From Candidatus Taenariivivens baikalensis (GTDB lineage: Bacteria > Omnitrophota > Omnitrophia > Omnitrophales > Aquincolibacteriaceae), in contig SICL01000006.1 in assembly GCA_009691445.1 (NCBI GenBank), forward strand, positions 2,486-66,485: a stretch of 64,000 bases of DNA. Reading direction: 5' to 3'. The notes beneath the pieces were generated by a model. That model did no database searches. It saw only the letters and a program-made list of their open reading frames with translations, and had not been told where the DNA came from. Numbering within the stretch: the first letter of the stretch is position 1; each line of letters starts with the position of its first letter. Shown here in pieces: positions 38,424 through 48,246 of the stretch. Both the position numbers and the translations under genes were made by a program.

Positions 38424-39589
38424 GAAGAAACAAAATTTTTAATTAAATCTTTCAGAGAAAGTAAATGGATGGACATCACACCGTGCTTCTGGATATAAGA
38501 ACGATCAATATTTGAGCAGACAACAAAGTTTTTCCCGTGAGGATACTGACGTCGGAAAATAAGGATATTCTTCGGATCAAGCCCGTTTGAATTCCATTTA
38601 CACTCAATCACTGTCGGGGGTTGGTGCCGGCTGGCCAGAATGAAGTCGATTTCGTGACCCTGCTTATCTCTCCAATAGCGAATGTCTCGAGTTTGAAGAT
38701 GGGCTTGAAGTTCATTAAGGACATAATGTTCCCAAAGCAGTCCCAGATCTTCATTTCGGAGATCATTCCAGCCCTTGTGATAAGAAACGAATCCGGTGTC
38801 GAAGGCGTACACTTTGGGTGCGGCAATAATCTCATTCGATTTATGAGAGTTAAAGGGGCGGATCACATGAGCGATCAGGGTTTCTTCCAGAACTCGAAGA
38901 TAATTTCGGATGGTCACACGGCTTACTTCACATTCTGCCGTAAAACGGGTGGCTTCAAAAATTCCACCGCTTCTTGCCATCACTAATTCCGCGAATCGCT
39001 GAAAAGAGTCTCTTCGATTGAGACGGAAGAGATCCTGAATATCTTTCGCCCAATAATCATCAAGCCATTCCTGAAAGTCTTTTTCCGGAATCTTGGTGTT
39101 GAGAAAGAAGGGCGGTAAACCTCCGAAGCGCAAACGATGCGTTAAGTCTGATTGAGGGAAATGAGCCAGATCTTCCTGGATCATCGGAGTTAACCATAAG
39201 TTTGTCTTCCGGCCTGTCAAGGTATCACGGAATTTTCGTGAAGCCCCTAAGGTGGAAGATCCCGTGGCGAGGACTTTTATTTTTGGGAAATGATCGGCGG
39301 CGATTTTGAGTAATTCAGCGGGAGCCCGGAGGCGGTGAATTTCATCCAAAATAATCCGGTGTCCGTCAAGAGAAGTGAGAAAACCTTCAGGCTCGGCCAT
39401 CATTTGGCGGGTACGGGGAAGTTCACAATCGAAGTACTCGATTTGATCAAGGGTTTGAGTCAGGGAAGTTTTGCCTGATCTTCTCACTCCCGAAAGCCAG
39501 GTGATGGAACGGTGTTCCCAGGATTTTTCAATTAAATTGATCCAAAAATTTCTTTTGACCAAGGGTTCCATACGATTGAACACTAGCAT
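38420..39589 (-). CDS. AAA_14 ATPase with DUF4143 domain
   Basis: GVRRSGKT, ILDEIH, ATGSS, PKVYAFDTG, YWRDKQGHEIDFI, IECK. Confidence 0.92.
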   Translation of the reverse strand: MLVFNRMEPLVKRNFWINLIEKSWEHRSITWLSGVRRSGKTSLTQTLDQIEYFDCELPRTRQMMAEPEGFLTSLDGHRIILDEIHRLRAPAELLKIAADHFPKIKVLATGSSTLGASRKFRDTLTGRKTNLWLTPMIQEDLAHFPQSDLTHRLRFGGLPPFFLNTKIPEKDFQEWLDDYWAKDIQDLFRLNRRDSFQRFAELVMARSGGIFEATRFTAECEVSRVTIRNYLRVLEETLIAHVIRPFNSHKSNEIIAAPKVYAFDTGFVSYHKGWNDLRNEDLGLLWEHYVLNELQAHLQTRDIRYWRDKQGHEIDFILASRHQPPTVIECKWNSNGLDPKNILIFRRQYPHGKNFVVCSNIDRSYIQKHGVMSIHLLSLKDLIKNFVSS

Positions 39590-39606
39590 AAAGTTAAACT
39601 TTATGC
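39586..39606. promoter_or_regulatory. Perfect inverted repeat GCATAAAGTT-A-AACTTTATGC, possible operator
   Basis: 10-bp arms overlapping the ATPase start region. Confidence 0.45.
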
Positions 39607-39641
39607 AACAGTACTATCGTTTAGTTATTTTTGTTTGGTGA

Positions 39642-39767
39642 ACCCAGGATTACCAAGATTTACGATTGCGGGAAGGCTATCTGGCAATGGCAGAAGAAGC
39701 ACGGAAGCTGCTTGAGGAATTTAAATATGCGGATGAGGAATCTTTGAAGTCTATAGATTTGCAATGA
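39642..39767 (+). pseudogene. Possible 3' remnant of a CopG/MazE-like antitoxin
   Basis: Frame lacking an N-terminal start encodes LRLREGYLAMAEEARKLLEEFKYADEE. Confidence 0.35.
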
Positions 39768-39895
39768 CCAAGAAACAAGATCCAAGAAACAAACAAAGAG
39801 CCAATCTTTCAATTTTAAAATTTCAATAAATTGTTTTAGATATTGGAATTTGAAGATTCCTTGGTTATTGTATCTTGGTGTTTGGTCATTCTAGT
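39768..39895. repeat. Palindromic heptamer-repeat element (ACCAAGA/ACAAGAT family)
   Basis: accaagaaacaagatccaagaaac arm mirrored by ttggttattgtatcttggtgtttggtc; same family at 41628, 53190 and 59553. Confidence 0.75.
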
Positions 39896-39960
39896 TTGGC
39901 TTTTAAAATCTCAGTTGCTTGGGGTGATCTTCAGTGGTATTCTTCCTAGTGGAGGAAGTG

Positions 39961-40401
39961 ATGCGGAACTTTACCCAAAGAACAAGTGTGAGAATCCTGA
40001 CTCAGGTCGTTCTGGTTTCACTCTTTGTGATCCAGAATCATTGCGGCCTTCTAGCTGCAAGCTCTCTCATCCAAAAAGCCGCCTCCATTTCCTCCTTGTC
40101 TTCTTCTTCGCATCAGCAAGTTCCGCCCTGTCACGCTAAAGCGTCTTCTAAGGATTCCAAATCATGCGGTCAGGATTGTTGCACCCGGCTTCAAGCGGTT
40201 TCTCAGAATCAAGAAATAAAGATTTTTCTCAAGCAAGCTCTGAATTTGTCCTCGGAAGCTGTGGATTCTCTGCCGATTCTTCAGCCTGTTTTTACAGTCC
40301 CCAAATTTTCCGCTGAAACACCTCCGCATTTATCTTTCCAGCGGAGTTTTTATCAGGAAGCCTTTCCCTCCCACGCTCCTCCTCTCTCGATTCTGGCCTG
40401 A
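39961..40401 (+). CDS. Cys/His-rich exported protein, DUF2946-like, upstream of the metal efflux genes
   Basis: GGAGGA RBS; hydrophobic N-terminus; PPCH, CGQDCC; C-terminal HAPP. Confidence 0.6.
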   Translation: MRNFTQRTSVRILTQVVLVSLFVIQNHCGLLAASSLIQKAASISSLSSSSHQQVPPCHAKASSKDSKSCGQDCCTRLQAVSQNQEIKIFLKQALNLSSEAVDSLPILQPVFTVPKFSAETPPHLSFQRSFYQEAFPSHAPPLSILA

Positions 40402-40469
40402 GTAACATCCGGAATCGAAATCCTTTTTTTCTTTCCCGGCTAGTCCTATTGGGCGCTCAGGTTATCCTT

Positions 40470-40536
40470 TGAGATTGCTTCGTCGGCTGCGGCCTTCTCG
40501 CAATGACGTCATTGCGAGCGGAGCGAAGCAATCTCA
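40470..40536. repeat. REP-like palindrome pair
   Basis: gagattgcttcgtcgg...ctcgcaatgac directly followed by gtcattgcgagcggagcgaagcaatctc. Confidence 0.8.
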
Positions 40537-40573
40537 TCCAAACGCGAAAATTTTAGATCCGTAGGAGATCACG

Positions 40574-41629
40574 ATGAATACCAAAAAAATTCAATCCTTA
40601 ATCATTGTTGTAGGGCTTATCACAATTTCTGTGATGACCGGTATTTTGTTTATTGCCAAGCCTCATTTTCACAAATACTTTGTAGCAAAATCTGGAGTAA
40701 AAGAACTCTGGTACTGTCCGATGCATCCGAGCTATACGTCGGACCGTGTGGGGGAATGCCCAATCTGTCATATGAGGCTTGTGAAGTTTGAAGGCGATTC
40801 CGAGAATTATTTGATTCCTGGCAATTCAACCTCAAAAAAGGAGTTCACCATCGATCAAATTCTTAAAATGAAACCCGGAGAGATCTGCCTGCTTCATAAA
40901 TGCAAACATGGCCAATGCAAAATCACGATGAATGAAGAAATCGCACGCGCGGGAAAATGCCCGCATTGCGGCGAGGATTTTGGAATCCTCATCAAGAAGA
41001 ATTTCCCTCAGGGCTATAGCGGCGTTAAGCTTACTCCTGAAAATCAAACGCTGATTGGGATCAAGACGGAACCCGTTCAGATTTATCCGTTGACCAAGAC
41101 GGTTCGGGCCGAAGGGATGGTGCCGATGGATTCTCCTTGGTATATCACGGCGTTTGTTTTTGAAAATGATCTTTCGGTTTTGAAACAGGGTCAGGAGCTT
41201 ACAATTGAACTGCTGTTTAAAATTCCGCTGCAGATGAAGGGAAAAATCCGGGGAATTAGTCCGCTTAATTTGAAAAATCGAACTTCCCGGGTTCGGGTGA
41301 GTTTGGAAAAGGCGCTTAACCTTGCCAGATCCGGGGAAGAAGTTCAGGTGGTGATGAGTCTTGAACTTGGACGTGCGCTCGGAATTCCGAAAACCGCGCT
41401 GCTGGATGCGGGGGACAGGAAGATTGTTTTCGTTTCTCTTTCTCAAGGTGACTTTGATCCGCGTGAAATCAGTGTGGGGCGCCGGGGTGAGGATTTTGTG
41501 GAGGTTACTTCCGGGCTGGCTGCCGGTGATCAGGTGGTCACAAGCGGTAATTTTCTCATCGATTCGGAAAGCCGTTTAAAAGCAAATCTGCAGAATATTG
41601 CCAATGAAGGACACCAACATGGAGCTTAA
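40574..41629 (+). CDS. CusB-like RND periplasmic adaptor with heavy-metal-binding domains
   Basis: WYCPMHP...CPICHMRL; second Cys cluster CPHCGED; C-terminal GDQVVTSGNFLIDSESRL. Confidence 0.9.
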   Translation: MNTKKIQSLIIVVGLITISVMTGILFIAKPHFHKYFVAKSGVKELWYCPMHPSYTSDRVGECPICHMRLVKFEGDSENYLIPGNSTSKKEFTIDQILKMKPGEICLLHKCKHGQCKITMNEEIARAGKCPHCGEDFGILIKKNFPQGYSGVKLTPENQTLIGIKTEPVQIYPLTKTVRAEGMVPMDSPWYITAFVFENDLSVLKQGQELTIELLFKIPLQMKGKIRGISPLNLKNRTSRVRVSLEKALNLARSGEEVQVVMSLELGRALGIPKTALLDAGDRKIVFVSLSQGDFDPREISVGRRGEDFVEVTSGLAAGDQVVTSGNFLIDSESRLKANLQNIANEGHQHGA

Positions 41630-41762
41630 ATACCAAAAATGTAATAACCAAGATACAAGAAACAAGATACAAATAAAGATACAAAAAAACAATAAACCAA
41701 TCTTTGAATTTTTGAAATCTTGTTATTTATTTGGACACTTGTATCTTGTCTCTTGGTTATTC
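41628..41762. repeat. Palindromic heptamer-repeat element
   Basis: accaagatacaagaaacaagatac mirrored by cttgtatcttgtctcttggtt. Confidence 0.75.
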
Positions 41763-41773
41763 AGGACGTGGTT

Positions 41774-44700
41774 ATGATTGAAAAAATAATTGAATTCTCT
41801 GCTAAAAATAAATTTTTGATCTTTACGCTCACGGCCGTGGCGATTGCCGCAGCGATTTGGTCACTTAAGACTATTCCGCTCGACGCGATTCCGGATCTTT
41901 CTGATACCCAAGTCATTATTTATTCCAAATGGGACCGGAGTCCGGATCTGGTAGAAGCTCAAGTCACTTATCCGATTGTGACATCGCTTTTGGGAGCGCC
42001 GAAAGTCAAAGCGGTGCGGGGGTTCTCGGATTTTGGATTTTCCTATGTCTATGTTATTTTTGACGAGGGAACCGATCTTTACTGGGCGCGCAGCCGCACT
42101 CTGGAATATTTAAGCAAAATCACCTCAAAACTTCCCCAAGGAGTGCAGACGGAACTGGGTCCGGATGCGACGGGTGTGGGCTGGGTCCTGCAATATGCGC
42201 TTTATGATCCCTCCGGAAAACACAGCCTTCAGGAGATCCGGGCGTTTCAGGATTGGAATCTCCGTTATCACCTTCAAAGTGTGCAGGGTGTCGCCGAAGT
42301 TTCTCCGCTCGGAGGTTTTGTGAAGCAGTATCAGGTGGTGGTGGATCCCAGCCGTCTGGCTTTTTATCAGCTCTCGGTGATGGATGTCGTGTCCACGGTC
42401 CGGAAAAGCAATCAGGAAACCGGCGGCGGTTTGCTGGAATTTTCCGGTGCCGAATATATGATCCGCGGCCGAGGTCTGGTGAAGACGATTCCCGACATTG
42501 AAAATAGCGCGATTAAAATGGATACCCGGGGACGGCCCATTTTAGTGAAGCATGTTGCCAAGGTCTCTGCCGGTTCTGAAGTCCGCAGAGGAATCGCGGA
42601 TATGGATGGAAAGGGAGACGTCGTGACCGGGACCGTGGTGATGCGCTCCGGAGAAAACGCGCTCAATGTGATTCGGCGTGTCAAAGAGAGGATCAGGGAG
42701 CTCGAGCCTTCGTTTCCATCGGGAGTGAAATTGAAGATTTTGTATGACCGTTCCGACTTGATTGTCCGGGCGATTGACACGCTGAAGCATCAATTAATCG
42801 AGGAGATGATGATTGTCAGTTTTGTGATTTTAATTTTCCTTTGGCATATTCCATCAGCGATTGTTCCGATTGTGACGATTCCAGTTTCCGTGCTTCTTTC
42901 CTTTATCCTTCTTCATCAGATGAAACTGACATCCAATGTGATGTCGCTTGCCGGGATCGCGATTTCTATCGGTGTATTAGTCGACGGTGCGATTGTAGAA
43001 GTAGAAAATGCGTACAAGCGTTTGGAGGAATGGGAGCATGGAGGCCGCAAAGGAGATTTTCACGAGATCCGCTTGAAGGCGCTCAAAGAAGTCGGGCCGT
43101 CGGTTTTCTTCTCCTTGATCGTGATCGCCGTCGCGTTTATGCCGATTTTCACGCTTGTTGATCAGGCTGGGCGTTTGTTCAAGCCGCTTGCCTGGTCCAA
43201 GAACCTTGCGATGTTCATTGCGGCGATTCTTGCGATTACGCTGGACCCAGCCCTGCGGATGCTTTTTGCGCGCATGGATCCTATCAAGACCCGATGGAGC
43301 TGGCTTTCAAAAACCCTCACGACTCTTTTAGTCGGAAAATATTATCCCGAAGAACAGCATCCAATTAGTAAGCGCCTTTTTCGAATTTATGAACCCGTTT
43401 GCCGCTGGGTGCTTCGTCACCGGAAAACCACGATTGCCGGCGCGCTTCTTTTGATGCTTTCCACGATTCCGGTTTATTTTCGCCTCGGCTCGGAATTCAT
43501 GCCTCCGCTTTATGAAGGAACCATTCTTTACATGCCGACGACGCTTCCGGGAATGTCGGTGACCGAGGCTGGAAAACTTCTTCAAACGCAGGACCGGATC
43601 CTGAAGCAATTTCCGGAAGTGGAAAGTGTTTTTGGGAAAGCGGGACGTATTGACAGCTCAACCGATCCCGCGCCGTTTTCAATGATGGAAACGGTCGTCA
43701 ATCTGAAGCCTGAAAGTGAATGGCGGAAGATTCCCCGCTGGTATTCTTCCATGCCGGAATTCACAAAACCGGTGTTCCGAAAATTCTGGCCGGAACATCT
43801 TGGCTATGAAGCCTTGATTGAAGAGATGAACCAAAAACTTCAGATTCCGGGAACCAGCAATGCCTGGACGATGCCCATCAAAAACCGCCTTGATATGCTG
43901 AGTACCGGCATTCGAACGCCTGTGGGGATCAAGATACTCGGTGCCGACCTCGGCGAAATAGAAAAAATAGGCGCTCACCTGGAAATGATTTTAAAGGATG
44001 TGCCGGGAACACGGAGCGCGTTTGCGGAAAGATCCGCAGGAGGTTATTTCCTCGACTTTGATTTGAAGCGGGATGAGATCGCGCGGTACGGACTTTCCGT
44101 GGAAGAAGTTCAGTCGACGATTATGTCCGCCATTGGCGGCGAAGTGGTCAGTCAAACGCTTGAAGGCCGAGAGCGCTACACGATCAATGTCCGCTATCCC
44201 TTCGAATTGCGGAATGATTTGGAAAAATTAAAGCAGGTTTCAGTGATGTCGTCGCTTGGCTCGATGGTGCCTCTTGGAACTCTTGCGGATCTCCGTCTTA
44301 CCTCGGGGCCTTCCATGATTCGTAATGAGAACGGAATGCTGGCCGGTTATGTATTTGTCGATGTGGCGGGCCGTGATATCGGGCGTTATGTCCGGGATGC
44401 CAGGGACAAAGTGGCTCGTGAACTTAAGCTCCCGGAAAATTATTCCCTGATCTGGAGCGGGCAGTATGAAAATATGCTCAAGGTCCGTGAACGCCTCAAG
44501 GTGATTGTGCCGCTCACGCTTTTTTTGATCGCGCTCATTCTTTATATGAACACCAAGTCCAAGGTTAAAACGGCGATCATTCTTCTGGCGGTTCCGTTTT
44601 CACTCATCGGAGCGGTTTGGCTGCTTTGGATTTTGGGCTACAATATTTCCACCGCGGTCTGGGTGGGGATGATTGCCTTGATGGGCCTTGACGCCGAGAC

Positions 44701-45049
44701 CGGAGTTTTTATGATGCTTTTTCTTGATCTTTCCTATCAGGATGCCGTCCGTAAGGGGCAAATGAAAAATGAAAAGGACCTGGAAGAAGCCGTGATTCAC
44801 GGAGCCGTCAAAAGGATCCGCCCCAAGCTAATGACCGTGATGGCCGCATTTATGGGACTACTTCCCATCATGTGGTCATCAGGCGCCGGAGCGGATATGA
44901 TGAAGCGGATCGCAGCTCCCATGATCGGCGGGCTTATAAGCTCCTTTTTGCTGGAGCTTTTGATCTATCCGGTTTTGTATTCGATGTGGAAATCAAGAGA
45001 ACTAAACCAAGTACCAAATTCCAAACAAATCCCAATCATCGCACCGTAA
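41774..45049 (+). CDS. cusA: CusA/CzcA heavy-metal RND efflux pump (Cu/Ag type)
   Basis: ATG at 41774 (MIEKIIEFS); LDAIPDLSDTQVI, GPDATGVGW, GSEFMPPL, DPAPFSMMET, RIRPKLMT. Confidence 0.93.
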   Translation: MIEKIIEFSAKNKFLIFTLTAVAIAAAIWSLKTIPLDAIPDLSDTQVIIYSKWDRSPDLVEAQVTYPIVTSLLGAPKVKAVRGFSDFGFSYVYVIFDEGTDLYWARSRTLEYLSKITSKLPQGVQTELGPDATGVGWVLQYALYDPSGKHSLQEIRAFQDWNLRYHLQSVQGVAEVSPLGGFVKQYQVVVDPSRLAFYQLSVMDVVSTVRKSNQETGGGLLEFSGAEYMIRGRGLVKTIPDIENSAIKMDTRGRPILVKHVAKVSAGSEVRRGIADMDGKGDVVTGTVVMRSGENALNVIRRVKERIRELEPSFPSGVKLKILYDRSDLIVRAIDTLKHQLIEEMMIVSFVILIFLWHIPSAIVPIVTIPVSVLLSFILLHQMKLTSNVMSLAGIAISIGVLVDGAIVEVENAYKRLEEWEHGGRKGDFHEIRLKALKEVGPSVFFSLIVIAVAFMPIFTLVDQAGRLFKPLAWSKNLAMFIAAILAITLDPALRMLFARMDPIKTRWSWLSKTLTTLLVGKYYPEEQHPISKRLFRIYEPVCRWVLRHRKTTIAGALLLMLSTIPVYFRLGSEFMPPLYEGTILYMPTTLPGMSVTEAGKLLQTQDRILKQFPEVESVFGKAGRIDSSTDPAPFSMMETVVNLKPESEWRKIPRWYSSMPEFTKPVFRKFWPEHLGYEALIEEMNQKLQIPGTSNAWTMPIKNRLDMLSTGIRTPVGIKILGADLGEIEKIGAHLEMILKDVPGTRSAFAERSAGGYFLDFDLKRDEIARYGLSVEEVQSTIMSAIGGEVVSQTLEGRERYTINVRYPFELRNDLEKLKQVSVMSSLGSMVPLGTLADLRLTSGPSMIRNENGMLAGYVFVDVAGRDIGRYVRDARDKVARELKLPENYSLIWSGQYENMLKVRERLKVIVPLTLFLIALILYMNTKSKVKTAIILLAVPFSLIGAVWLLWILGYNISTAVWVGMIALMGLDAETGVFMMLFLDLSYQDAVRKGQMKNEKDLEEAVIHGAVKRIRPKLMTVMAAFMGLLPIMWSSGAGADMMKRIAAPMIGGLISSFLLELLIYPVLYSMWKSRELNQVPNSKQIPIIAP

Positions 45050-45066
45050 CCAACAAGGAGATAAAC

Positions 45067-45330
45067 ATGAAGAAAACGGTTCTGCTTTTAATGGGTGTGA
45101 TTTTAATGAGTGCCCTGGCCTTTGCAGAAGTTACTGCAGCGGGAAATAAACTTTGTCCCGTCAGTGCTGATCCGGTTGATAAGAATATTTCGGCTGAATA
45201 TAACGAAAAGAGTTACGGTCTTTGCTGCAAGATGTGCATCAATAAGTTCAAGAAGAATCCTGAAAAGTATCTTCAAGAAATGAATGGGGCAGCCGCCGCC
45301 AAGGATGACCACAGCGCTCATCAGCATTAA
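45067..45330 (+). CDS. Secreted YHS-domain protein
   Basis: AAGGAG RBS; signal peptide; CPVS...YGLCCKMCINKFKKNPEKY; His-rich tail. Confidence 0.88.
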   Translation: MKKTVLLLMGVILMSALAFAEVTAAGNKLCPVSADPVDKNISAEYNEKSYGLCCKMCINKFKKNPEKYLQEMNGAAAAKDDHSAHQH

Positions 45331-45366
45331 AGATAGTGTTGTCTCCGCACTGGAAGCGAGCAACTT

Positions 45367-45409
45367 TAGGGACAGGTCCAAGACGGCGAAACGAACGGAC
45401 CTGTCCCTA
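45367..45409. repeat. Hairpin TAGGGACAGGTCC/GGACCTGTCCCTA (REP-like or terminator)
   Basis: Perfect 13-bp inverted repeat after the YHS gene. Confidence 0.6.
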
Positions 45410-45483
45410 GTGTTTATGGCTCCAGTAACTGGTTTCCGGTATCTGGTTACTCTTCGTGTTATACTTCCTAAACGGGGTCATCT

Positions 45484-46521
45484 ATGTCTAAAAAGGATCA
45501 GAAATCTAAGAGTAAATATATTGTTGGGGTGGATCTCGGGGGAACCAAGATCCTGATCGGTTTGATGAATTCCAGTTTTGGATTGATGGGTTCTCACAAA
45601 ACAGCGGTTGAGCCTCAGCGGGGAGAAAAGGTTTTTTTAAAAAGTATCCAGAACGGCATCGAAACTGTTCTTGATGAAGCCCGCGTCTCGATCAAAGAAA
45701 TTAGCTGTATCGGTGTTGGATGCCCTGGGATGATTCAATTTCCTCAAGGAACAATCAAGCTCTCGCCCAATATTGCTTTCCTCAAAAATTATCCTCTTCA
45801 GCGTCGTTTGTCGAAAATGTTTAAGGTTCCCGTTCTGGTCGAAAATGATGTCAATGCGGGACTCTATGGGGAACAGCAGTTTGGATCGGCGCGTGGACAC
45901 CGCCACGTGATTGGGATTTTCCTAGGAACTGGAGTCGGGGGTGCCATGATTTTAGACGGACGGTTATACCGCGGTGCTTCAGGAGCCGCCGGAGAAATTG
46001 GCCACACCTTTTTGGCGCCGCCGTCGATGCTTTCCAGTTTCGAAAAAAGTACAACCTTGGAAGGCCTGGTCGGACGTTTAGCGATTTCCTCAGAAGCAGC
46101 CCTACTTGTGATGAAGCAAAAGGCAAACCACCTTTATGAGGACGTTCAATACGATGTGAGGAGGATTAAAAGTAAGATGCTCCTTAATTCGATTCAGTCC
46201 GGCGATTCATCCGTGAAGGAACTCGTTTTGCAAAAGGGGAGAATTTTGGGACTCGCGATGGCCAATGCGGTGAATCTTCTGAATCCGGAAATGATTGTCC
46301 TTGGCGGCGGAGTGATTGAGGCGATGGGGCATTTAATCATTCCTGTCGCTCGCGAAGTGATGCATCGTTATGCGATGGCACCCATTGTGAAAAACGTCAA
46401 GGTGGCACAGGCCAAACTTGGGGATTACTCAATTGTGAAAGGCGCCGCCAAGCTTGCTTGGGATGTGCATTTTAATTCATGGGAAGAACAAGGAAGAAAA
46501 CGGAAGAAAGGGGAAGAATAA
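45484..46521 (+). CDS. ROK-family sugar kinase (glucokinase-like)
   Basis: GVDLGGTK, ENDVNAG, GTGVGG, AGEIGH, VLGGGV. Confidence 0.92.
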   Translation: MSKKDQKSKSKYIVGVDLGGTKILIGLMNSSFGLMGSHKTAVEPQRGEKVFLKSIQNGIETVLDEARVSIKEISCIGVGCPGMIQFPQGTIKLSPNIAFLKNYPLQRRLSKMFKVPVLVENDVNAGLYGEQQFGSARGHRHVIGIFLGTGVGGAMILDGRLYRGASGAAGEIGHTFLAPPSMLSSFEKSTTLEGLVGRLAISSEAALLVMKQKANHLYEDVQYDVRRIKSKMLLNSIQSGDSSVKELVLQKGRILGLAMANAVNLLNPEMIVLGGGVIEAMGHLIIPVAREVMHRYAMAPIVKNVKVAQAKLGDYSIVKGAAKLAWDVHFNSWEEQGRKRKKGEE

Positions 46522-46573
46522 GGTGAAAGGATTTTATCCTGTTTTACCCTATGCTTCCGTTTAAAGAGGTTTT

Positions 46574-48136
46574 ATGAAAGATTCAGAGGTTCAGAAACAA
46601 ACCATTGCGGTGATTGATATCGGCGCCAGTGCGATTCGAATGATTATTGCTGAAGTGGGGCAAAAGGGCGAAATCAATTACCTGGAAAATCTCCACAAGC
46701 CCGTCCGGTTTGGGAAGGAAGTGTTCACCCACGGAATGATTTCGAGTGCGTCGATGCGTGAGGGGATCGGGATTTTGAAAGATTTCAAATCCGTGATCGA
46801 TACTTATGGGGTTAAAACAATTCAAGCGATTGCTACGAGCGCGGTGCGTGAAGCGATGAACCGGGATAACTTTATTGATCAGGTTTATGTGCGTACCGGC
46901 ATTGATGTCGAAGTGATCGAGGGACCGGAAGAAAATCGCCTGGAGTTGATTGCCGTGGAGCATGCGCTCGGAGGCAAGGTCGACCTAGAAAAGAAAAATT
47001 GTCTGATTATCGAAGTCGGGTCCGGCAGTACGGAAATGATTATCCTGAATCAGGGACAGGTGGAGATTACCCGGACGTTGTCGCTTGGATCCATTCGTCT
47101 TCCGGAACAGGCTGTTGCGGGTAAAACCGATCCGGCCGTGATGCAGCGCGTTTTAAAACGCAATGTGCATGAAGTCGTGACGTACGCGGCCAAGGAATAT
47201 AACTTTGATCAGGTGGATACGTTTATCGCGCTTGGCGCAGACATGCGTTTTACGTCTCATCAACTTGTGGAAGGAATTAAAGACAGTTTTGTCATTCTCG
47301 ACAAGAAAGCGTTTGTTGGTTTTCTGAATAAAATTTCCAAGATGACACCGGAAGAAATCGCGACTCAGTACGGAATTTCCTATACCCAGGCGGAAACACT
47401 TTTTCCATCCCTGCTGGTTTATTCCAATTTCATGAATGAGACTAAGACCGAAAGTATTATTGTGCCCATGACAAGCATTCGCGATGGGCTTCTGATTGAA
47501 ATGGCACAAATGCTTTCTGGGAATAAACGGACGGATGTCTCCAAGCAGGTTGTGAATTCTACGCGGCATTTGGGAGAAAAATACAAATATGATAAAGCGC
47601 ATGCGCTTCATGTCGCCTCAACATCTCTCAAGCTTTTTGATGCACTGAAGCAGGATCACGGGATGGGGTCCCGCGAGCGGCTACTCCTGGAAGTTTCAGC
47701 GATCGTGCATGACATCGGCTCTTACATTGCTCCGACAAGTCACCATAAGCATTCTAGCTATCTCGTGGAAGCGGCTGAAATTTTCGGGCTTCGGAAATCC
47801 GACAAAAATATTGTCGCCAATGTTGTTCGCTATCACCGCGGCACGAGTCCGCGCGCCACGCACGTTCCCTATATGTCGCTTCCAAAATCCGACCGGGCAG
47901 TGGTCTCAAAGCTTGCGGCAATTCTTCGGGTAGCGGATGCCCTGGATCATACGCATCAACAGAAAATTAGGAATTTTACGATGGACCGCCAGGAAGATGC
48001 GTACACTCTCTGGGTGCCTGAAGAGACCGGGGATATTACCGTAGAGCGGGATAGTTTGCAGGAAAAGGGTGGCATGTTTTCAGATGTGTACGGCGCTCCA
48101 ATTCAATTGAAGCAGGGGAATCCGATAGCGAAATAG
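46574..48136 (+). CDS. ppx: Ppx/GppA exopolyphosphatase with HD domain
   Basis: IDIGASAIR, ATSAVREA, EVGSGSTE, HDIG, HHKHS; adjacent to ppk1. Confidence 0.9.
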   Translation: MKDSEVQKQTIAVIDIGASAIRMIIAEVGQKGEINYLENLHKPVRFGKEVFTHGMISSASMREGIGILKDFKSVIDTYGVKTIQAIATSAVREAMNRDNFIDQVYVRTGIDVEVIEGPEENRLELIAVEHALGGKVDLEKKNCLIIEVGSGSTEMIILNQGQVEITRTLSLGSIRLPEQAVAGKTDPAVMQRVLKRNVHEVVTYAAKEYNFDQVDTFIALGADMRFTSHQLVEGIKDSFVILDKKAFVGFLNKISKMTPEEIATQYGISYTQAETLFPSLLVYSNFMNETKTESIIVPMTSIRDGLLIEMAQMLSGNKRTDVSKQVVNSTRHLGEKYKYDKAHALHVASTSLKLFDALKQDHGMGSRERLLLEVSAIVHDIGSYIAPTSHHKHSSYLVEAAEIFGLRKSDKNIVANVVRYHRGTSPRATHVPYMSLPKSDRAVVSKLAAILRVADALDHTHQQKIRNFTMDRQEDAYTLWVPEETGDITVERDSLQEKGGMFSDVYGAPIQLKQGNPIAK

Positions 48137-48246
48137 GGATGGTTCTCAGGCACGGCCTTAGCAAAGAAAAAGTGGTTTGAACATTTTCAATTATTCTTTC
48201 TTGTTTCAATGGCGGGTGATGCGAACCGTCCCGGGCAGAAAAACTT

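Noticed and set aside
41720-41773. N-terminal extension of cusA (similar extensions at 6493, 44872, 56774 and 54527)
   Set aside because: The extensions run through repeats or upstream genes; downstream ATGs with an RBS or family-typical starts fit better.
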